Part shown: in pieces, positions 18,238 through 25,066 of the stretch
Layout: every line of letters starts with the position of its first letter
Numbering within the stretch: the first letter of the stretch is position 1
Origin: Caedibacter taeniospiralis
Lineage (GTDB): Bacteria; Pseudomonadota; Gammaproteobacteria; Francisellales; Francisellaceae
NCBI RefSeq assembly: GCF_002803295.2
Contig: NZ_PGGB02000004.1
Span: 56,728-81,793 of the forward strand
Reading direction: 5' to 3'
Length of the DNA stretch: 25,066 bases
The notes under the pieces: model-generated
What the model saw: only the letters and a program-made list of their open reading frames with translations
Database searches by the model: none
Told to the model about the DNA's origin: nothing
Position numbers and translations under genes: made by a program

Positions 18238-19293
18238 TTAATCGATCAGCCGATACTTTATCGACATAAACTTAATGATTTGATAGTGATCATCCATAAG
18301 AAGGTGAGACATTTTCTCAAGCACCTCTTCCAGTTTTACCCATTTTACTGCCTTGGCATCATCGTCTGCCTGAATTTTTGGCAGTGACGTTAGGTTTAGC
18401 ACAAACAATCCCAAATGCGTGATCACCCTGCCACGCAGAGAACGCTCAGGATAGTCAAACACTTCTTGATTTATAAAGCTTCTAACAAGACTGACCTCAG
18501 AAACATCAAGATGAGTTTCTTCGTTCAACTCACGCAAAATTCCATCAACAATCCGCTCATCCTGGTCTAAAAAACCACCTGGCAATGCCCATAGATTTTT
18601 CCCAGGGGGGTATTTGCGCTGAACAAGTAATAAATGCTTATTACATAGCACCATCGCATCGGTTGTCACAAACATCGGCTTAAAAGGAGCATCCTGCCAA
18701 GCTCTTTTATACTGCGTAATATACTCAAACTCTTGACACAAATCCTGATAGGTTTCTGTCTGCATGAATCTTTTTAAGGTTTGACAACCACCATTTACAT
18801 GGGGATTATTAACCAGATACGTGGTATCTAATTGATGCTGTCCAAAAAACCTGACTCTAAAATCTGTTGCGTTAAACCCATTGAAATTAGCCACATCAAT
18901 ATGCTGCCAAGCGGGAAAACATTTTAGATAATAGCTGCTTGCATCTTTTTCATGCCCAATAATCGCGATTTTATTCTCCACACCAGCATGATGATATACA
19001 CGCATTTCAGCTTCCTTCCTCCAGCCATTTTCATCATAAAACCAGTCACTTACAGGTTCGACGATAATCCGAGAAAACTCAATCCCTGAAGTCTGTAAGT
19101 CAGATAAAATCATGTCTCGCCTTTCCTCAAACGAAAAAGGATTTTTTATGCTTGGGGCTCTAAATGCTGATCCCACGATAATAATGAGCCGATCTACACA
19201 CTTTAACGCCTCTTGTATATTGTGCAAATGCCCCACATGAAAAGGCTGAAATCGACCAATAAAAACGCCGTAGTCATATTTGCACTGACTCAT
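18238..19293 (-). CDS. nadM: Bifunctional nicotinamide-nucleotide adenylyltransferase / Nudix hydrolase
   Basis: 351 aa. N-terminal GVFIGRFQPFHVGHLHNI nucleotidyltransferase signature. C-terminal Nudix box GGFLDQDERIVDGILRELNEET. Confidence 0.9.
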   Translation of the reverse strand: MSQCKYDYGVFIGRFQPFHVGHLHNIQEALKCVDRLIIIVGSAFRAPSIKNPFSFEERRDMILSDLQTSGIEFSRIIVEPVSDWFYDENGWRKEAEMRVYHHAGVENKIAIIGHEKDASSYYLKCFPAWQHIDVANFNGFNATDFRVRFFGQHQLDTTYLVNNPHVNGGCQTLKRFMQTETYQDLCQEFEYITQYKRAWQDAPFKPMFVTTDAMVLCNKHLLLVQRKYPPGKNLWALPGGFLDQDERIVDGILRELNEETHLDVSEVSLVRSFINQEVFDYPERSLRGRVITHLGLFVLNLTSLPKIQADDDAKAVKWVKLEEVLEKMSHLLMDDHYQIIKFMSIKYRLID

Positions 19294-19913
19294 CCTTCCT
19301 TCCCTATTGCTGCTTGCTCTATATTGGCTACAGGCTGCACTTGAGAAACATAGTCGTACACTTCAATCACTTTTTTAACACCTGAAACATTTGCCGCAAT
19401 ACTTGACGCTTTATCTCCCTCTGCTTTGGTCACTACACCCAAAAGGTATACAACACCGCTTTCGGTAACCACTTTAAATTTTAAACTGCTGACTCCGCTT
19501 GAAACCAGTGCCGATACAATTTTTGAGGTGGTCCAGCTATCTGCAAGGTAGTTTCCAATATTCACAGGGTTTCCAATCGTTAGCTGATTATAAACCACTT
19601 TCACACCTGGTATTTTGGACATCCTGTCGACCAGTTCAGTTCTTAGTGTCTCTGTTGGCACCTGTCCTAACAGTAACATGATATTATTAAATACGACAGG
19701 CTCAACATTTGAATTACCTTTAAGCTCGGGATAATCATTTAACAATGAAATGGCTTTAAACTGGATACTTTTGTCAGAAACATTGGTTTTGCTATCAACA
19801 CTGCTGCCAGCGACATTGGCACCCACTACAGCTGCTCCAGCCCCTGCTATTACCACGGGTGCACAAGCACTTAATGAACCTGCAAATGCAGTCATTATCC
19901 ATAAAATCTTCAT
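19290..19913 (-). CDS. BON domain-containing lipoprotein (DolP/YraP/OsmY-like)
   Basis: MKILWIMTAFAGSLSAC lipobox (ATG at 19913; the track extends to 19955). Two BON-like repeats: NNIMLLLGQVPTETLRTELVDRMSKIPGVKVVYN and GVVYLLGVVTKAEGDKASSIAANVSGVKKVIEVYDYV. Confidence 0.85.
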   Translation of the reverse strand: MKILWIMTAFAGSLSACAPVVIAGAGAAVVGANVAGSSVDSKTNVSDKSIQFKAISLLNDYPELKGNSNVEPVVFNNIMLLLGQVPTETLRTELVDRMSKIPGVKVVYNQLTIGNPVNIGNYLADSWTTSKIVSALVSSGVSSLKFKVVTESGVVYLLGVVTKAEGDKASSIAANVSGVKKVIEVYDYVSQVQPVANIEQAAIGKEG

Positions 19914-20026
19914 ACCCGCTAGTGTTACTTTTTTTACTTTTATCGTAGTTTTCATTGGTATTTGTCACACTTTGGTTGCACACCCATGGACAATCTTAAC
20001 AACCAGAAGGAAACTTGTAATTGAAT

Positions 20027-20134
20027 TTATTGCAGTTTCCTAATCTCTTTACGCAAAATCATATCAGGCGTCTCCGCGCTTAAGACATAATAATCAAACT
20101 TATAATCAAACTTGCCATGATGGGCTTGTTTCAT
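20027..20134 (-). CDS. Possible 35-aa mini-ORF or gene remnant
   Basis: MKQAHHGKFDYKFDYYVLSAETPDMILRKEIRKLQ*, SD-like AAAGGA 6-7 nt upstream of the ATG. Confidence 0.25.
   Translation of the reverse strand: MKQAHHGKFDYKFDYYVLSAETPDMILRKEIRKLQ
20090..20113. repeat. Perfect tandem duplication 2 x ATAATCAAACTT
   Basis: 20090..20101 and 20102..20113 are identical 12-mers, encoding KFDY-KFDY in the minus-strand mini-ORF. Confidence 0.9.
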
Positions 20135-20173
20135 TAATATCCTTTGCGGTAAAACTCACAAAAGGAAACCTGT

Positions 20174-20566
20174 ATGCGTTTAGCTCACATGATGATTCGC
20201 GTGAATAATCTGGAAGAATCGATTGCATTTTATCGCGATATCTTTGGCATGACTTTATTTAAACAAACGGACAACGAAGCCTATCGCTATACATTAGCCT
20301 TCATGGGCTATGGTAATGATATCAATCAAATAACAGCAGTTGAGCTCACCTATAACTGGGATACGCATAGCTATGATCATGGGAAAGCCTTTGGGCATCT
20401 GTGCATTGAAGTGGATGATGTCTACCAAAGCTGTGACGCGATCAAGCAACAAGGCGGCGTGGTAACACGTGAGGCTGGTCCCGTGAAAGGTGGCACGAGC
20501 ATTATCGCTTTTGTTAAAGATCCCAATGGCTATCAAATTGAGCTGATTGGCAAGAAGGTACGCTAG
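20174..20566 (+). CDS. gloA: Lactoylglutathione lyase (glyoxalase I)
   Basis: 130 aa. RLAHMMIRVNNLEESIAFYRDIFGM, AFMGYG, AVELTYNW, HLCIEVDD, TSIIAFVKDPNGYQIELI. Good SD AAAGGAAA. Confidence 0.95.
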   Translation: MRLAHMMIRVNNLEESIAFYRDIFGMTLFKQTDNEAYRYTLAFMGYGNDINQITAVELTYNWDTHSYDHGKAFGHLCIEVDDVYQSCDAIKQQGGVVTREAGPVKGGTSIIAFVKDPNGYQIELIGKKVR

Positions 20567-20724
20567 CGCTCGATCTTCAGTACAACCTCATTTGGGCAAT
20601 GCTCATATTTCCGTCCACAAATTTGGAATGCGCCCCTTAGAATATAACAAAAAAAGATTGCGTATTTCTAAGCGCATCGTACAATCACCAATCAATTTAA
20701 GACAATCCTTAATGAATAACTTTT

Positions 20725-22542
20725 ATGATCGAAAAATTACGTAATATTGCCATTATTGCGCACGTTGACCATGGCAAAACAACCCTGGTTGACAAGCTCT
20801 TACAGCAATCAGGGACCTTGAAAACCACGGGTTCAGATGTTGAGCGTGTCATGGATTCCAATGATTTAGAAAAAGAGCGCGGCATCACCATTCTCGCCAA
20901 AAATACGGCTATCAGATGGAATGATTATCGGATCAATATCGTTGACACCCCAGGACACGCCGACTTTGGTGGTGAGGTTGAACGTGTGATGTCGATGGTT
21001 GACTCAGTTCTACTTCTCGTTGATGCAGTCGATGGACCAATGCCACAAACGCGCTTTGTGACCGAAAAAGCGTTCGCACGTGGCTTAAAACCGATTGTTG
21101 TGATCAATAAAATCGATCGCCATGGAGCGCGCCCTGCCTGGGTAATGGATCAGGTTTTTGACTTGTTTGATCGCTTAGGCGCCACCGATGAGCAGCTTGA
21201 TTTTCCTGTGGTTTATACTTCTGCCTTAAACGGCTATGCAACCTTGAATGAGAATAAGATCACTGACAATATGAATGCGTTATTTCAAGCCATTGTTGAT
21301 CATGTTCCTGCTCCTGAAGTCAATCAGGCGGGTTCTTTTCAAATGCAGATTTCCTCTTTGGACTACTCAAGCTTCGTAGGCACGATTGGAATTGGTCGCA
21401 TTAAACGTGGAAAAATAAAGACGAATACGCCCGTCAGTATCATCGGTAAAAATGGTAATACAAGACAAGGACGTGTGTTACAGATTTTGGGGCATATGGG
21501 ACTGGAACGCACTGAAGTTCCAGAAGCCTCAGCAGGTGACATCGTTTGTGTTACAGGAATTGAAGGGCTTAATATTTCTGACACACTCTGCGCCTTGGAT
21601 TGTGTCGAGGCATTACCTCCTTTAGCCGTAGATGAGCCGACGATTTCAATGACTTTTCAAGTAAATAACTCTCCATTTGCTGGACGTGAGGGAAAGTTTG
21701 TCACCTCGCGCCAGATTAAAGATCGTTTGGAGAAAGAGCTTCTTCACAACGTGGCACTGCGTGTTGAACAGCTTGATGATCCCGATAAATTTAAAGTCTC
21801 TGGTCGAGGTGAGTTACACTTGTCAATTTTGCTTGAAAACATGCGTCGTGAAGGTTTTGAAATCGCTGTTTCACGCCCTCATGTCATCTTCAAAGAAATG
21901 GATGGTGAAATGTGCGAACCCTATGAACAGGCCATTATTGATGTTGATGAGCAATATCAAGGTGCCGTGATGGAGAAAATGGGATTGCGTCAAGCTGAAC
22001 TTAGAAATATGGAACCCGACGGTAAAGGGCGTGTGCGTCTTGAGTTTATTATTCCTTCTCGCGGCTTAATCGGTTTTTATACAGAATTTTTAACGATTAC
22101 TTCAGGAACAGGCATTATCAACAAGATTTTTGATCATTATGGTCCAGTGAAAAAAGCTATCATCGAATCTCGCTTAAGCGGCACACTCATCTCAAACTGT
22201 GCGGGAAAAGCCGTGGCTTTTGCTCTGTTCAACCTGCAAGAACGTGGCAAAATGTTTATCGGTCATGGCGTTGAAGTCTATGAAGGCATGATCATTGGTA
22301 TTAATGCCCGTGATAATGATCTCACCGTTAATCCATGCAAGGGGAAACAACTCACCAACATGCGCGCTTCTGGCAAGGATGAGAGCATTATTCTCACCAC
22401 CCCGATTAAAATTACCTTGGAGTATGCGCTTGAATTTATTGAAGACGATGAATTGGTGGAGATTACCCCAAAATCAATTCGTCTACGCAAAAGATTCCTA
22501 ACTGAATCTGATCGCAAACGTTATTCAAGAACAAAAGAATAA
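20725..22542 (+). CDS. typA: Ribosome-dependent GTPase TypA/BipA
   Basis: 605 aa. [91 protein letters not shown]. Confidence 0.97.
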   Translation: MIEKLRNIAIIAHVDHGKTTLVDKLLQQSGTLKTTGSDVERVMDSNDLEKERGITILAKNTAIRWNDYRINIVDTPGHADFGGEVERVMSMVDSVLLLVDAVDGPMPQTRFVTEKAFARGLKPIVVINKIDRHGARPAWVMDQVFDLFDRLGATDEQLDFPVVYTSALNGYATLNENKITDNMNALFQAIVDHVPAPEVNQAGSFQMQISSLDYSSFVGTIGIGRIKRGKIKTNTPVSIIGKNGNTRQGRVLQILGHMGLERTEVPEASAGDIVCVTGIEGLNISDTLCALDCVEALPPLAVDEPTISMTFQVNNSPFAGREGKFVTSRQIKDRLEKELLHNVALRVEQLDDPDKFKVSGRGELHLSILLENMRREGFEIAVSRPHVIFKEMDGEMCEPYEQAIIDVDEQYQGAVMEKMGLRQAELRNMEPDGKGRVRLEFIIPSRGLIGFYTEFLTITSGTGIINKIFDHYGPVKKAIIESRLSGTLISNCAGKAVAFALFNLQERGKMFIGHGVEVYEGMIIGINARDNDLTVNPCKGKQLTNMRASGKDESIILTTPIKITLEYALEFIEDDELVEITPKSIRLRKRFLTESDRKRYSRTKE

Positions 22543-22557
22543 GGGTAAAAGCGACGA

Positions 22558-22583
22558 GGTTTTTACGTCGAACTCAGGTTAAA
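22558..22583. repeat. Solo copy of the 3078..3265 element's right arm
   Basis: GGTTTTTACGTCGAACTCAGGTTAAA versus GTTTCTTACGTCGAACTCACGTTAAA at 3243..3268. The core TTACGTCGAACTCAnGTTAAA matches 20/21. Confidence 0.7.
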
Positions 22584-23858
22584 ATACGCTTGATATAACT
22601 CTGTTATCGCCCCAACAGTTGGGGCTATTCCCACGTTTGATTGCTGCTGATTTAATAGTGTTTGCAAACTTTGTGGCACGGGAATTTTTTCTCCAACTAT
22701 AGGTTCTATCACTTGTTCAAACTTCGCAGGATGCGCCGTCGCAACGATAATATAATGTTGATCAGAAGGCAAAAACTCACGAGCGTAAACCGCCGTTGCT
22801 GTATGCGGACAGATCAAAAGATCATGATCTTGTTTTACCTTCAATATCGTTCTTCTAATCGCCTCATCCGAGGCTTTAAAAGCGGTGACTTCTGCCTTAA
22901 ACCGCTGAGTGCTGCCAAGTAGAAAATAAAGACGTTCAAAATTACTGGGGTTTCCCACATCCATCGCGTTTGCTAACGTCTCAACACTGGGCTTATGTGG
23001 CAGCTGAGCGCTCTGTAAAAACTGCCCGATAACGTTATTTTCATTCTGGCTTATGATGATTTCTCCAATCGGCAGCCCCATTTCCTTCGCCCAAAAGCAT
23101 GCGCATACATTACCAATATTGCCTGATGGAACAATAAAATTAGCTTTTTTGCACTGGTTTAAAAAATATTGCCATGATACATAGGCATAATAGGTGGTTT
23201 GCGGTAAGAGTCTGCCAATGTTAATGCTATTTGAAGTGTTCAAATGCGTATGCTCTTGCCACCATTTATCGGCAAACGCCGCCTTGACTAGCACTTGACA
23301 ATCATCGAATGTTCCATCGACTGCAACCGCACAGACATTATCTTGCCAGCAGGTAATTTGCTGTTGTTGGCGTAAAGAGATTTTTCCCTTTGGGAATAAC
23401 ACCATCACATTGATATTTGATTTGCTGTGAAATGCGGCGGCAACGGCTGAACCTGTATCCCCTGAAGTTGCCACCATAATCGTAAGCTTATTATCCGTTT
23501 TGATGTGGCTTAAGGCATTGGCAAGAAATCTTGCGCCAAAATCCTTAAACGACAGGGTTGGACCATGAAAAAGCTCAAGCAACGAACTTCGTTGATCCAA
23601 ATCAACTATTGGCAAATCAAAACTAAAACTCTCATAACAAATGGCATGAAGTTTATCCTCAAGCTCGCCCCCCCTAAAAAAGGGCTCCAATAATTGTGTT
23701 GCAAAATCGGCGTAGCCCATATTTTTATCCAAACTCCGCCAGGGAAATAAAGGAAATTTTGCTGGCACGTACAACCCACCATCCTTAGCTAAGCCATGTT
23801 GTAAGGCGTAAGTTAGTGAAACTTCTTCTGATTTCCCCCGCGTACTCTTAAATTTCAT
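22563..23858 (-). CDS. thrC: Threonine synthase
   Basis: 431 aa. HGLAKDGGLYVP, LELFHGPTLSFKDFGARFLA (PLP lysine), VATSGDTGSAVAAAF, VPSGNIGNVCACFWAKEMGLPI. Confidence 0.94.
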   Translation of the reverse strand: MKFKSTRGKSEEVSLTYALQHGLAKDGGLYVPAKFPLFPWRSLDKNMGYADFATQLLEPFFRGGELEDKLHAICYESFSFDLPIVDLDQRSSLLELFHGPTLSFKDFGARFLANALSHIKTDNKLTIMVATSGDTGSAVAAAFHSKSNINVMVLFPKGKISLRQQQQITCWQDNVCAVAVDGTFDDCQVLVKAAFADKWWQEHTHLNTSNSINIGRLLPQTTYYAYVSWQYFLNQCKKANFIVPSGNIGNVCACFWAKEMGLPIGEIIISQNENNVIGQFLQSAQLPHKPSVETLANAMDVGNPSNFERLYFLLGSTQRFKAEVTAFKASDEAIRRTILKVKQDHDLLICPHTATAVYAREFLPSDQHYIIVATAHPAKFEQVIEPIVGEKIPVPQSLQTLLNQQQSNVGIAPTVGAITELYQAYFNLSST

Positions 23859-24841
23859 ACTTTCTCCTTTAAGATAACTTCACCGCCCTTTGCCTTAAGA
23901 TCGCTGACATAGCTTTGTGCGCTCAAGCCTTCTTGAGCAAAAACCCGCACCAGTTCATCGGCAATTATTTGAGCACGGAAAAGACTGTCACCCAAAGCAA
24001 AAACAGCAGGACCCGAACCTGAAATACCAAACCCTAGTGCCCCTAAACGATAGGCACTTTGTTTGACCTTATCAAACCCTGTAATCATCATCTTACGTTT
24101 TGGCTCAATCAGTACATCGATAAAATACTTTTTAAATCGATCCAGATCATTTTCGTATAAGGCACTCACCACTGCTGCAGTTTTTGCGGTTTGTGCGACA
24201 ACCTCCTTGATACTAAAAGGCACATCGATCAGTTTTCTGGCTTCTTTGGTTTCGATCTTTAAGTTTGGCACAGCAATTGCGGCACACAGATTCAAACTGG
24301 GCAGCTCAATAAATTCACAGGGCTTTGAGCTTTGCAGCAAAACCAGTCCGCCAAACATGGATGGCACAGCATTATCACCATGATAGACCCCACCTGAGAT
24401 TAAGCTCTCCCCATAAATTGCATACTCGATCAATTGTTTTTTTGGCAAAGGTTGAGTCAAAAAGGCGTTTACGGCTAAAATGGCTGCTACGGAGGATGCT
24501 GCAGAGCCCCCAATACCAGAGCCTAAGGGAATACCTTTTTCAATCACAATATCCAGACCAAGCTTAAGCTTATAGTCTATTAAGAATTTCTTAATAACGG
24601 CACTACAAACGTTTTTATCAATATCAACACTCAAATCATTTTTGCCCAGCACTCCAATAATATCTTGAATGACCAACTGATTATCGTCGCGCTTCGACAA
24701 GTGAACCTTGTCTCCTACTCCTGAGATTGCAAAACCCATTAGATCGAAGCCTACTGCAAAATTGGCACTCGTGGCAGGGGCAAAGCTTGAGACCTTTGTT
24801 ACACTCGGACTTATTGCTATTTGCCGTAATATTTCATCCAT
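23855..24841 (-). CDS. thrB: Homoserine kinase (GHMP family)
   Basis: 328 aa. APATSANFAVGFDLMGFAI, GIPLGSGIGGSAASSVAAILAVN, GISGSGPAVFALG. 4-bp overlap with thrC. Confidence 0.94.
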   Translation of the reverse strand: MDEILRQIAISPSVTKVSSFAPATSANFAVGFDLMGFAISGVGDKVHLSKRDDNQLVIQDIIGVLGKNDLSVDIDKNVCSAVIKKFLIDYKLKLGLDIVIEKGIPLGSGIGGSAASSVAAILAVNAFLTQPLPKKQLIEYAIYGESLISGGVYHGDNAVPSMFGGLVLLQSSKPCEFIELPSLNLCAAIAVPNLKIETKEARKLIDVPFSIKEVVAQTAKTAAVVSALYENDLDRFKKYFIDVLIEPKRKMMITGFDKVKQSAYRLGALGFGISGSGPAVFALGDSLFRAQIIADELVRVFAQEGLSAQSYVSDLKAKGGEVILKEKV

Positions 24842-24876
24842 TTATTAAATCCTGTATTTTTATACATAATTACTGC

Positions 24877-25066
24877 TTAGTAAGCAACAGACAAAATATC
24901 CCCAAACACCCGCGCAGCAGTTACATCTACACCAGCTCCAGCCCCTCGTATCACCATGGGTGAGTGGCAATAACGCTGAGAGTGAATAAGTACCATATTA
25001 TCAGCCCCACTTAAGCTTACAAAAGGGCTGTTTTTTTCCAGCGCCATCACCACAACACTTGCCCTG
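24877..25066 (-). CDS. thrA: Homoserine dehydrogenase / bifunctional aspartokinase-homoserine dehydrogenase, C-terminus only (partial at the window edge)
   Basis: Manual minus-strand translation ending ...ASVVVMALEKNSPFVSLSGADNMVLIHSQRYCHSPMVIRGAGAGVDVTAARVFGDILSVAY*. Typical C-terminus, directly upstream of thrB. Confidence 0.85.
   Translation of the reverse strand, partial: RASVVVMALEKNSPFVSLSGADNMVLIHSQRYCHSPMVIRGAGAGVDVTAARVFGDILSVAY

Noticed and set aside
19061-19075. GTTCGACGATAA resembling the repeat arm
   Set aside because: Lies within conserved nadM coding sequence and lacks the GAGTTCGAC core, so probably coincidental.
1-25066. CRISPR array, toxin-antitoxin, phage or biosynthetic cluster
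   Set aside because: No regularly spaced direct repeats, cas genes, phage structural genes or multi-gene biosynthetic module could be seen. The gene content is overwhelmingly housekeeping.

Overview
The window is a compact, mostly housekeeping gammaproteobacterial chromosome segment. A Legionellales-like affiliation is only an inference from protein style and gene content. It carries a partial Rpn-family PD-(D/E)XK nuclease/transposase gene at the left edge, sufS, deoD, a small membrane protein, tRNA-Thr(CGT), truA, an M15 peptidase, a lipoprotein, folE, coaX, a Bcr/CflA-type MFS transporter, an SH3-like periplasmic protein, a DUF47-Pit-MFS operon, ampD, dnaJ-dnaK-grpE, a NirJ/AhbD/PqqE-like radical SAM-SPASM protein, nadM-Nudix, a BON-domain lipoprotein, gloA, typA/bipA, and thrC-thrB-thrA(partial). 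I saw no CRISPR array, phage module, or obvious defence or secondary-metabolite system. The strongest unexplained structure is a 188-bp MITE-like element (3078..3265). It has 23-bp terminal inverted repeats (21/23 matching), nested internal inverted repeats and flanking AAAC direct repeats. It supplies the stop codon of the upstream small membrane protein and abuts the tRNA-Thr promoter. A solo copy of one arm supplies the stop codon of thrC 19 kb away. Second tier: an unlisted 57-aa signal-peptide mini-protein (17958..18131, minus) next to the radical SAM-SPASM gene, a run of four stem-loops beside the Rpn gene, and a 35-aa mini-ORF with a perfect 12-bp tandem duplication upstream of gloA.
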